Part shown: positions 11,566 through 23,058 of the stretch, piece by piece
How positions within the stretch are numbered: position 1 is the stretch's first letter
Layout of the letters: each line of letters starts with the position of its first letter
NCBI GenBank assembly: GCA_013115125.1
Contig: JABANN010000009.1
Coordinates: 62,001 to 126,000, forward strand
Direction of reading: 5' to 3'
From: Perkinsus olseni
Lineage: Eukaryota
Length of the DNA: 64,000 bases
Position numbers and translations under genes: made by a program
The notes under the pieces: model-generated
Databases searched by the model: none
Seen by the model: the letters and a program-made list of their open reading frames with translations, nothing else
Told to the model about the DNA's origin: nothing

Positions 11566-14500
11566 ATGCTCAATAACGTGCTGAATTACCTAACCAGTAA
11601 CAAGCTGGTCAGTTCCTATCAAGTCGATAAGGAGCCAACCTGCTACGGCAACGAGCTCCGATGGAAGGTAGTATTGGGGGACTCGGCCTGCGGGTTGTGG
11701 TTGTTGTGACTCTTGATAACAGGAGTACTTTCGATGTGGTATTAGTCGAGCAGGCATTTGCTGTGAAAGTGCTTCTTTGGGTTTTCGTGAGGGAGTCCCC
11801 CCTCCCAAGACTGGAGTAACGGAGAGCAGTGGAAGGCTACTCCTGAGCTGGAACTGCCTGTTTAATCTGTCATTCGTTAGCAGGGACTGAATGCGACGCA
11901 TTCAGTCCGCGTTCGGACTTTAACTTCGGACGCATTAGGTGACCAGCGGGATCATGCGGGACTATGAGAAAATGTTAGTGTAGGTTTTTTTACTGGGAGT
12001 TTAAATCAGGAAGTTATAACTGAAATTGAAGGTGAATAGACTGAAATTGGGAACTCTTGAATGGGTTCGGTGGTTGCGACTCTGACTAGCGGTCGGCGAA
12101 GGAAATTGAAGAACTTGGCGGTACATGAGGTACTTGCGGCTGTGCATAGTGTAAATTGTCTCCGAGTTGTATTGATTCAACCCGGGTCATTGGGTCCTCT
12201 CTCTCAGTTGTACAATGCTGAACGGCAGAAGTCTAGCACGTCTGGATCTGCAGCGGGAGGGCCTGCAGGAGATGACACTTCTCTCACAGTGTTTTTATTT
12301 GAGAAGAAGACGCTAGATACCAGGCAGTACCCGAAGGACTATAGAGATCAGGTAAGTAGGTAGACCGTAGATTTTGCCCTTTATTGGTGCCGGGTTCGAT
12401 CCCTGCATACGTCATTTCCTTGTCAAGATACTGGCGTCGTTGCATCGGGAAGCTACTGTTCTTCAGCGGTTGCGGCATCCCAATATTCTCTCTGTCATCG
12501 GTAAGCCTCCATGCTCCTCTCAGCCAACCCTGACATGGACCTTGTTAGACCCATTGAGCGACGAGCGCCAAACCATGGCATTCGTCACGCGACGGGTGAC
12601 GCAGACGCTCGGGACAGTGCTGACGATGGACAGGAAGCAGCTGTCGCTGATCGAAGTACAGACCGGTAATACTGATTATGGGGGTCTCCGGGAAATTAGC
12701 TCGGATCTGGACGTACGGGGTAATTTTCCCAAGGGAAAAATCTCGCAGTGCACTTCTCACTTGATAAACCTCGGAATTTAATCACGATTTTGTGGCCCTC
12801 CGCAAAACTGGGAACTGTATCCGTGCATAGCATACCTGTGAGATTTACGTGATTTGTGGTATCAAAAGAAGCGTTGCTCCATGTGAACGGCGAATCAATA
12901 TTTCTGGCTCCACGCCCGCTCACTTCTCGCCTTTTCAGGATTGCTGGACATCGCGTCAGCTCTCGAGTTCCTCCATCATGCAAATACCTGTCATTTGGGT
13001 CTGTGTCCTAGTGCGGTAAGGGGGGGGGGTTGCTGCAGAAAAATTGATGAGACTTCTCCGAGGGTGAACGTGCTGGTTGCCGCGATTACCGTCGAAGTTG
13101 GCAGGGATTGGTCGTGGCAGATTTTCCTGACTCCCAACGGTCGGTGGGTCCTAGGCGGACTGGCATACAGCCAGTCGCCGGTGGAGCTAGGCAAGATGGT
13201 GCCATGCCAAGTGAAGTTCAGAGGAATCGGAGGAATGGCGGGAGGGATGATCCTCAATGAGCCCCCTATTAGGTAGGCTCTAGGCGCAGGTTCGATCCCT
13301 GGCAGGAGCATTTTTCTGTGCAGGTATGCAGCTCCTGAAATGACCACTGGCTACAGCAGCACCTGTGGACAGTGCAGCGACGTATTTAGTTTCGGCCTTA
13401 TAGCGTGAGCGGGGGGGGGTCTTCCCGTTAGCATCACGGACTAAGTCTTCTGTCTAAGCGAGGTCGCGGGTTCGATCCCTTGCGCATGGTTTTATCCCAT
13501 ATAACTGGTAACTCTCGCGACTGGCTGTCTATGAACTTTGTCTTGCATCCACCGCTCGCACGTCAGGTACGAGCTCTTCTCGAAGGACCGCCAACCCCTG
13601 CTCTCTAGAGTCACTCCTGGGGCGGATCCCACCGTTCATCAGCGGGAAACTCAGTAGGCGCTGGATAGTCGGGCGGAAGGCGTTGTGCATTGGGCGATGG
13701 TTTCAGGAATGCTCTGCCGCTAAGGGAAGGAGATCCTCAAATTAGCAATCCGATGCTGTTTGCTGTAGTACCTCGGGGGGCATCTTTGTGATCTGTGCAA
13801 TGTGTGGTACTAAAAGTGACTCTGTATATCTGCGGAGCGGTAGAGTGAAATCGTAAGCGTTGGTGGAGAGGTGGATAGTATCTTATATGCTACTATACTC
13901 GAATTTTAGGGCTTAATTCGGTTCCATGAAAGCGTTGTAGGTCGCACAGTACTTATGCTAAGATTATGCGGAGCAGTGTATAACGAACAGCGTTTGGCAT
14001 TCTTTTCTCTCCTGTCGTCGAAGTATTCCCGCCAGGAGGGCGATTTCTGGAGCGACGCTTCGCCCTTATGACTTTTCATGCATCAGTTGCTCCAGTCGAT
14101 GACGCAACCTGAACCGACACGGCGGTGTACCATAGAGACGTTTCTTAACTCGGAGTACTTCAATGACATCAATATCAAGGTAATCCAATGTCGGATCTGC
14201 AGCCCTATTTCCCGATTGGCCCGAGGAATGCGCTGCCGATCGCGGGAGTCGTTGAGCATTCTGAAAGGAACATTTTGGCCTGAATATGGGATTGCCTGTA
14301 GGCATTGAGGTTCTTGGAGACCCTGTCAGAAAAGGACGACGCAGCACGGACAGCATTCCTGCGAGGTAAAAGAGGTTTCAGAGGAGTGCCTTACTGATCG
14401 GCATTAATGACGTCTGGTCGGTAGCATTGACTCGGGGTGTTGTTAGCTCTTGCCGTAGCTTAGTAATTTCCAGATGTCCAGATCTTGTGATTGCAGGTCT

Positions 14501-17500
14501 TCCTCGTCTTCTGAGCGACAGAACGTCTCCACTAGTTGCCAGCCCACATCTCATCAGAGAAAGGATTCTACCGCCGCTCGCAGATGTAGTGTTGAAGCGC
14601 GTGCGTGCTGCCGCACCGACCAGGCTTATCAGGTTGCTCTGTCCTTCTCGGCGTTGTGGTCATCAGCGTTGCCGTGCTTGCTGATGGCTCTGAAGTACGA
14701 TGGAGTCTGCGATCCACAGTACTTCCAAGGCCGGATATGGCCGCGTATCCGCCCTCTGTTCAGCGCGAAGGAGATATCTGTCGGTAGGTCGCGCGAGTAG
14801 ACGGCTACTTGTGTTGCATGTCTCCGTCGAGTCTGGGCCGATTTGGGCATATGTGAAGCCTAGGGCGTCGGAGTTCATTATTTGTAAGTGCCGGAGCCCT
14901 AGGATCCCTTTTGCAGCATGTAGAAGGCCTAGGGCTTTGGCGCTTGTAGATATGAGAACGTGTGAAACATGAGCTGATATGCTAGTTCTAATGGCTCAGC
15001 AGACTATCTCGTGGTACGGCACTGTTGATCTGCCGCTGAGAGCTGACCAGGGGTTAGCGATGATACTCTTCCTATTGCTGTTTTCTCAGAGTGCGTGACC
15101 ATCCTCATACGTAACCTCGATCTCTTCATCAACAACACGACGGCCAAGGACGCCAGTGACGTGCTAGTACCATTCGTATTGCGGTGTATCGAGTTGAAAG
15201 AAGATACCATCATCCAGGAGGTAGGTTGGACTCACTTTCCCCTACCCGCGGCACCAGCTCTTATTTCTTCTTACTAGTGCGTTATAGTAGGGACATATGA
15301 TCCGATCTGAATTGCTGCGGTCATTTTAGGTTTTCACCCGATTGCCCCTCCTTCAGCGACGGTTTGAATACACTACCTTGCAGCATGTTTTACTGCCAAG
15401 GATGCTGAAAATGATGACGGATGCCAGCGAGGGGGTTTCAACGAGGATCCGATGTCTTATCATCAACTGCATGCAGGAGATGCTTCCGGTAGGCGGTTGG
15501 GCTCGTGAAGGAATCGAGCGTCCGGGGGCGACTGAGTAGTGATTGAGAGACGGCAGTTATTCTCATCGTGCCGTCGGTGGAGTTGCTGTACGTCAGGTGC
15601 TGGATAATACGACCGTTGTGGGCCCTCTACTAAAGGCGTTGACGGAGACCACCACTACTGATAGCTCCTCTCAGGTAGACGATTGAAACGTGAATGGAAC
15701 GCATTCCTCGGAGAAGCTTGTGTCGCAAAAGAAACTATGTCTCAGCGATCTCATGGATGCTCGTGCGTCCCGCATCAGCACAGGGTGAAGTGAGTACGAC
15801 TGGTTCTCCGGTTTTATTTCTACTTTATCATGTGAACCATCCCCGCGCGAGGCTCGTCCCGAGTCGGGACTTCATGAGCTCCGTTGCTGCTAAGATCGAC
15901 GATGTAGTCGAATCGATACGACGAGAGGTGGAGCGACCAATTTAGGACGACCTCGGCTGCGAACGCAGGTCTCATGAGACCTCTCACCATGATGAACTTC
16001 GTCATGGTCTTCTCGTTGTAGCCCACACCGCGTGAGAGAATCTTGAGAGTGGCGCTCTACCCTACTAGGGGGTGTACCTGACGTTGGAGAGCGACTCTGC
16101 CGATTCGGCAGTGCCGAACGAACTCCCATAACGCTGGCTAGGTCGAGTCGTGGCCCACGACTCGTGGGTGGGAGTCCGATCAGCCTAGAGAGTACTGACG
16201 CATAAACAGCTCAGTCGAGCTTCTACTGGCTTTATCAAGACTGCGCTCTTTGTCAACATCCATGTAGCCTGGCGACGTCAGGCTGACGCTATGTAACTTT
16301 AAGTTTGGTGATCTGATAAGGATGACGCCAGTAAGCGTACGAAATAGATGGAGGCTCAGTATTAAGGGCGGTACTGAGAAGGCCTGTGGGTGTTAAATAA
16401 GGTTGTATGCTACGCTCTCTTAAAGAGAGGCAGTGGTAGCCAAAGAGAGTCTCTTTGGCTACCACTACCGGAGGGGTGGCGGGAACATGAAAAAACATGT
16501 ACTTCTCTGTCTCCAACGAGAAGTGGCACTCAGTCTTCGCATTATTTTGTGGCCCAATTCACAGCGGAATAGCCTTGCAGCACCAGTAACAAGAGAAACC
16601 CTCACAGGTTAGCGACCATTCTGCCAACGTGGGTGTTCTGAAACCGGGCTCGAGGATCCTCTCCTGGCTTCACGAGAAGTGCCCCATAATGATCAATTGG
16701 ACGCTGCTCCCATTAAGAACACCAGTGTGGACTTAGTAGGCGGAGGATCAACCCCTCAGCGTCAAAGCCTGGTCTGAAGTTCAATGCTACTACTAGTAGC
16801 AGGGCTTAGCCCTGCTACTAGCATGGCTAGCATTATGCTAGCCTTTTGCCGTGCATGTCCGCGTCGAGTAATGGCAGCAGCAAGCCAGTTCTCTCGACCT
16901 GGAAATAAGGTCCCGAGCAGCAGGACAGCAGGGCGGTCCGGACAGTATACAGTCACCTTGATGTGGGTCGGAGGTTCTCAGCCCATTCGAGCTGCAGCGC
17001 CTCAGTTAGATGATTGTGTTGCGAGAAAGTGCTGCTTCTCATGCACTACGGGTCTTCGAATATACCAGTGCTCCACTTGTTCGGGAAGGGGTGTTTGGTT
17101 CCGGAAACTTATGCGTAACGGATGGTATGAAGTTGCCTACTTTATACCATTTCTTACGCATTAAGTTGTCTTCGTTGGAAATTCTCTGTTGGCAAAGTTC
17201 GAAATCTAGTCTTCGCCGGCTTCGGCTGGGCCGGAGGTGCTCTTATTCCGTCCAGGGAGTTTGGCATGGGTTCATTCTTCAGGTGGTGGCGGCACTGGGT
17301 GAAATTTACGAGAAGATCAGTGAGAATCTTGGTGCCAAGCTTACGGCGACGAAGGTGAGACCTTGAGAAAACAGGTTAGACTCTGGGACTAACAAAACTC
17401 CAATTCGAACGAAGTTGCGAATTCCGTGTTTCGAGCACGTAAGCATCGTAAGACGTCCTCAGACTTACATTTATGCCGAGTTCTTCACACTTTGTGCATA

Positions 17501-18877
17501 TTAGACTACTCTCCTACATGTCCTAGATTGTGTGCAGGGCCTGTAGCGAGTTGAAAGCTTCAGCGTAATCAGATGACGATGTACGGTACCGTGGTATTGA
17601 CCTGGCGATGTGTTTCGAAATGGCTCGCAGGTGATAGCGTGAAAAGTGTTCTGGGCTGCGTCAGGTCCTGCCCTGTGTGACGCCTCTGATGGCGAATGAG
17701 GACCTCACATTCGAGCAGTGGAACCGCATAAACGGAATCATCACTGGGATGGTCGACAGAGTCGTCTGTTGGCGAGAGAAAGAGTAAGTGTTTAGGAATC
17801 TTAGGTCGCTCCTTGTCAATCGCGGGACCGAAAGATGCGATTCATCTCGGTGTACGGAGCAAGTATCGTGTATTGCAGTTACCGCCACCGCACGGATGCA
17901 GGGAGAGAAGCCTCCGCAGCGCTCGGTGCATCAGCGCCCCCTCCTCCGCCGTCAGTGGGAAGTCGCAAATCCACCTCGTCGGGTGCCTCCGATCTGATTG
18001 ACTTTGATACCCTCCTTATGGGTGGCGCGCCATCAGAACCTTCACAGTGAGTGGCCGGGTGAGGGATGAATGTCACCGTTCGATGGGTGTTGGTTGAATT
18101 TTCGAGGGACACTCTTGGAGTTGTTTCTGGCTGGCATTTATGGTCATCCTACTTTCCAATTTTGTCTTTTTCTTGGCGCATTGTTCACGGCCTGAGCAAA
18201 TATATCGTCTATCGCAGTTACCGCCCCCGCACGGACACAGGAAGAGAAGCCTCCGCAGCGCTCGGTGCATCAGCGCCCCCTCCTCCGCCGTCTATTGGAA
18301 GTCGCAAGTTCACCTCGTCGGGTGCCTCTGCTCCGATCGACTTGGATCTCCTCCTCATGGGTGGTGCGCCACCAGAACCTTCACGGTGAGTGCTCGGGCG
18401 AGGTCACCTTTGACCCATCAAGATCATCGCACAGTTAGTTTTGGTTGAGATTTTGACGATTCTTCAGTGAGTTGCTTCTGTGGTGGTCCTACTGCTCGAG
18501 TTGGTCTTCTTCTTGGCACATTGGTCGTGGCCTGACCTTACAGGCGCTATGGCCGCCACGCACTCTCCTCGTCATAAGGCCACTAGGAAATCACATAAAT
18601 GAAATACGGTATTCTAAATACCCATCTACAGCTTCGAGCTCCCAAAGACGGATCTAGCCTCTGAGCGGATGGGAGACTCGAGCGTGTGGCTTGGCATAGA
18701 ACCGGCGTTCAATAATCTTATAGACTCATCATTTTTCGCCCTTGCGTTCTCAGGCCGTCTCGAGCAGCTCCTCCGCCGCCCCCGCAACAGCAACCACTGG
18801 TGCGGACTGGTGCGGACCCGAAGCGGTTTGGTGTGAGGAATTTGGGCAACGAGGATCCCTTTGCAGGGTTGCTGTGA
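11566..18877 (+). CDS. SCYL2: SCY1-like pseudokinase with HEAT repeats (SCYL2/CVAK104-like), about 20 exons
   Basis: MLNNVLNYLTSNKL / VTSGIMRDYEK / ...VFLFEKK / EATVLQRLRHPNIL / ALEFLHHANTCHLGLCP / IFLTPNGRWVLGG / YAAPEM / SDVFSFGL, then HEAT-like exons (ALRFLETLSEKD, ILPPL, VLLPRML), then a Pro-rich tail with DLIDFD and terminal EDPFAGLL*. Confidence 0.88.
13422..13490 (+). pseudogene. degenerate tRNA-like sequence (tRNA pseudogene or SINE head) in a SCYL intron
   Basis: A-box-like TAGCATCACGG, D-loop-like GGACTAAG and canonical GAGGTCGCGGGTTCGATCCC; acceptor and anticodon stems not intact. Confidence 0.5.
16147..16168. mobile_element. putative excision footprint, site GTCGTGGG
   Basis: G-TCGTGG-C-CCACGA-C-TCGTGG-G, perfect. 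Confidence 0.75.
17860..18535 (+). repeat. tandem ~340-bp duplication of an exon plus following intron in the SCYL gene
   Basis: Exons ~17879-18047 and ~18218-18386 encode YRHRTDAGREASAALGASAPPPPPSVGSRKSTSSGASDLIDFDTLLMGGAPSEPS and YRPRTDTGREASAALGASAPPPPPSIGSRKFTSSGASAPIDLDLLLMGGAPPEPS; downstream intron sequences are also similar. Confidence 0.9.
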
Positions 18878-19075
18878 TGGAGTTCCTACTGTCTATGATT
18901 TGTAGAATTTGTGGTACTAGTGTGCTATTGACCTCAAGCGTTATATAAATAAGTCCTTGCTGTCGGCTTGAGTTGGTTCAATTTCACCCGGAGGAGAAGG
19001 AGCGCATGGGTCGAGTTGTGCTGCTCTGAAAAGTAGCGGTATTGGACGATGAGACGGAGCAAAAGGTTGTTAGTT

Positions 19076-19097
19076 TTACGGTGACCGTAATACGGTC
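19076..19097. mobile_element. putative excision footprint, site TTACGGTC
   Basis: T-TACGGT-G-ACCGTA-A-TACGGT-C, perfect. Confidence 0.75.
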
Positions 19098-19278
19098 GTC
19101 ATTCGAAAAATTTCCTCTCGTAAGATGATGATCATGACCTTTCACTCGAGGGGGGATTTTGCGCTCGCATGCTGTGACCAGGCCTCATCGGAGTTTTTTA
19201 CTCGGACAAAATCGGTTGGGCCGCCGCGGCAGTAGTTTTCCGATTCAGTAAGCATATTATCTACCTTCGACTGCACTC

Positions 19279-22163
19279 ATGGTTCGGTGGCGGTTGCTCG
19301 TCATCCTAGCTTCGACCTGTGATGCGCGGGGTGCCATTAAGGCCGACAACTCCGGGGGCTTCGCGGTGCCTATCGTCTATGAGAAGTTCTCCGACACGCT
19401 CGTCGGGAATATCACCCTCGGAGTAAGGGGGATTCTAACTGTTGAAGATGTTTTTGTGAATTTCATAGTGCAATACTGCAGAACCTTCGTGAGCCGTCGG
19501 AATGTTATATGCGCGACAGGCTGAAGGAGGAGTCCTGGAGGACGCACGATGAAGAAACTTACTCCCAATGCGCAAATTCAGCTGCGATCATCCATAGTGC
19601 TTGGAATTGTTGTTGATTGACCAGTTTTGTTTCCTAGCGGGGAGAATGCGCGGTTGATGCAACTTCCGTGACGTCTCCTGTCAGATTCCGAAGCCCCTGG
19701 TCGCCCCACAGAAGTGCTCGGAAGCCTGTGTGTACTTGGCCCAGGCGGAAGCGGCCAGTGAGCTCCCGAGTGTTTCTTGCAGTCGGGCAGCCGATAAGGA
19801 GTCCTGCGGGACTTGTGTGCACGAATCGATCAGGCCGGACAACTCCTCTTCAAAATATGTGAGTTTTTGCATCGCTCCGCCGTCAGTGTTTATGCTTTAC
19901 TCTCAGTACTTCGCGGTGGATCGAGCTCCTGAATTGACCGGGGGGTTCCGAGGCGCTCTGCCGGTCTATGCCTGTCAGCGGCAAACCAACCGAACGCTGA
20001 CCGTAGTTGCGAAGTCGCTTGGAGCAGTACGATTTTACGACTCGCCGGTAAGGGGCGCTGATGGGACTAGGAGGAACGTGACGCTCCGCGTCTCATGTGA
20101 ATGCCTCCAGTTGGTGGACGTGGTAGGCATGACTAAGTCCCAGTGACCTTCTCCCCATTTGATAAACTGATTTTGCAATTCGGAATCGGTTCTGAAATTT
20201 ATATTCACGAGTGAAATGCGGTTCCAGAATCGATTCTAAGGGGTCGTGCAACAAACCCATTTTGAATCGATTCTGGACCCGCATTTTACGTGAAAAAAAC
20301 CCGTATTTAACGGAATTGATTCTGACTTTTAGAATTACTCTATTGAACGGAGGGTGAGCCTCCTGGCCGCATACGACGGTCTTCTAGATACTTTTCGATT
20401 ACTGCTGTGGTAAACCTGGCCCAAGGCGAGTTCTCTCAGGTTTTGAAGCTCGATGGCGTGTTGCCGAAGAGAAAGATTCGAGTTCGAGTAGTGTTGAATC
20501 CAGGTTAGCGGAGGGGGACTCTCGCCTGTAGAGGAGTTTAATTGTATTAGGTTGGCTGGAGCGTTTCGACCTTCCCTGCCGAAATTGCTCATCCGTGAAC
20601 AGAATGGTAGTGAAGGTCCCGCAGTACAAAGAAAGTATCGGAAGATGCGACGGGTGGGAATTTGTCCATGCCCGTTCACGGAGATTTTTTTCTTCAGATT
20701 TGTCGACCAATACGCTCTTCCAGCGGGCCTGGCCGGAGATGAGAATGAGTTGACACAAATCAACGCGGACACAGCGTCCTTTTGGCTACTGAGTGAGGTC
20801 TCCAGCAGCTGCCGGAGCGAGACTGCGTTTTGTATCCAGGCTCGGAGCATGTCACGAGTCAAGAACGCCGCCAGTTCTATCGGAATACGTTTTATCTCTG
20901 CTTTTATGAGAGCTCCATGGCTCGCGGAGGGAAGTTAGTTGGTAAGACTAGCGAGCAGCGCTCGAGAATTTTGAATGAAAATTTCATAAATTTTCGAATT
21001 TTCGAGTTGCGAATCCTCCAATCGGAACATAGCAGTGTTAAGTGTAAAGAGGCGTTTTAATAGACGGATCATCCGTCTGTTGAAACGGATCAACCATCCG
21101 TCACGGATGGTTGATCGAATTTTTATCATAATTTTTTGCTTGCTGATGCACTGGCGTAAATAGCGATGGTATCTTTTGAGCTCATCTCAGGCACGGTCGA
21201 GTTCCAAGTGTCATCAGCAGACGCTCAAGCTTTTGTAAGTCGTCCTTTCGAACCACGGATTAATTTCCGCCCTCCAGGTGGCCTTCGTTATCCTCATGGG
21301 AATTGGCATGCCGCTGAGCTGTATGATTACAATTCTTCTGCACGCGGCCAAGTTGAAGAGGTGCAAGAGGAGGATACGGGCGATAAGGTGAGTAATAGCC
21401 AAACGAGTCGATGAGCGCAAAATAGACGCAAAAAACTCAGAGAATAGGACGTTCGTGCAAGGGCTTGGGAACAGCGATCAATCTCGATCACAAAACATCA
21501 ATAGTTAGCACTCGCTTGCTCTTTAACACAATCCCACATCAATGGGGGTTGTTTCGGCAGAGGGTTGTCTCGTGAGCCCTCAGGTGTGAGGAAATATGCT
21601 GTACGCAATTGGCTGTCTTGCTCCGGCGTTCTCTGGGAATTGTCACCCTTGCTAGATTACGTACATTGCTACTGCTACTAGTAATCTAGTAATTTGCTAG
21701 ATTGTATTTTTATTGTAATTATAATTCGATAACTACTGTCAACGACTCTCTCCAGTTATCGAACCTAACGTCAGGTACCATACACAGCGGCAGCAGCTTG
21801 ATCAGGAGCTTTTGGATCGGCAAGTGCAACTAGAGAGCACGGTGAGTGGGACGTGTCGTTTTGTAAACGGAAATGCGTTCACTGTAATACTAACAGCAGA
21901 CGCAGTATTATCACTAACGTGCCGTAACGGTGCCGCGGTACGATGGAAAATTATCAGCACAGAGTCGTCGCGGCGGATGTCGTGTCGGATTTCCCCGTAT
22001 CGTGTCGTAGTTCGTGGCTTCTGCCACGAACGTATCGTAGCGTGTCGTTCGTATCGTACGGAAGATATCCGACAAGCGAAGACACGATTGGAGTGAACCC
22101 GGAACGTTCAAGGAGCAGCCGAGCTCGGCGAGCCATGAGGGGCACTTCAGTCGACTCAACTAG
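19279..22163 (+). CDS. hypothetical type I membrane protein (spliced; 3' end uncertain)
   Basis: Signal-like MVRWRLLVILASTCDARG, Cys-containing exons 19.7-20.9 kb, TM exon VAFVILMGIGMPLSCMITILLHAA followed by basic KLKRCKRRIR (~21279-21387), coiled exon YHTQRQQLDQELLDRQVQLEST. Confidence 0.55.
20176..20335. mobile_element. foldback/MITE-like non-autonomous element remnant
   Basis: Inverted arms AAATGCGGTTCCAGAATCGATTC / GAATCGATTCTGGACCCGCATTT; related sequence at 63790-63893. Confidence 0.55.
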
Positions 22164-22507
22164 AAGCGTCGAGCGCTCCGAAGATCATCTTCTTCCTGTT
22201 GGTCAGCATCCGTTCGTCAGTTGTTGCTTTGCTAGCGTCCATTCGCTCTAGTCGATCCCCAAGCTTTCTTCATGTTCTGCCCAGTCTATCAGCGTGCCCA
22301 CCGCGAATGAACCAAAGCTAACTAGCCTCGAAGCGGCAGCCGATGGTCCCTGGCCCTGCTTCGCCTGGTGTTAAATCCCCATTGGCTACCACCACGAAAT
22401 GGTTCAGCCTATGGCAGTACAGAGATAGGATGTGTCGTGGAACACCTTCGACTAGCCAAATCTCTCAGTCCAAGGTCACCACGTTCAGTCGTTGAACGAG
22501 TCTCGTT

Positions 22508-22529
22508 CTGCGAACTTCGCAGTGCGAAG
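22508..22529. mobile_element. putative excision footprint, site CTGCGAAG
   Basis: C-TGCGAA-C-TTCGCA-G-TGCGAA-G, perfect. Confidence 0.75.
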
Positions 22530-23036
22530 ACTCTATGCGAACCCGACGGAGACGAGGGAGCTGATGCTGCTTGATAGCATCAGGGGGGCCATTGTTCCTC
22601 GTCGTGGAAAGCAAAGCTGTGTGAGTGACACTTCCGGTAGTCAACGTTGGTGAGGTGATAGATTTTATTTCTGCCTGGACAGTTGGTGAAATGAGCCCCC
22701 ATTATTATCAGACTCTAAAGTATTATCTATGGATAAATTGATGGAGGCTCTTGAAGGTCTACAACTGAATTCGATTGATAGCAATAAGGAGGATCAAATG
22801 AAGGTCAGCGTTAGCAGACTACTAGATTCGACCCATGCTGCTTGTTATATTCCGAACTAACCCAACCCATCATCATAATCGTATTGAGTTCCGCCACTGT
22901 AATTGAGTATTCTACCGTATAGGTTATACTCATTACCAATGAGTCATTGGTGCGAAAGCAAGTTTCTTCCTAGTCGTTGTAGAAAGTATTCCAGCATCGG
23001 AGGAGACGGTGCGACTGCTTACATCAATGGACTGTG

Positions 23037-23058
23037 ATGCTGTTACAGCATTGCTGTA
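23037..23058. mobile_element. putative excision footprint, site ATGCTGTA
   Basis: A-TGCTGT-T-ACAGCA-T-TGCTGT-A, perfect. Confidence 0.75.
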
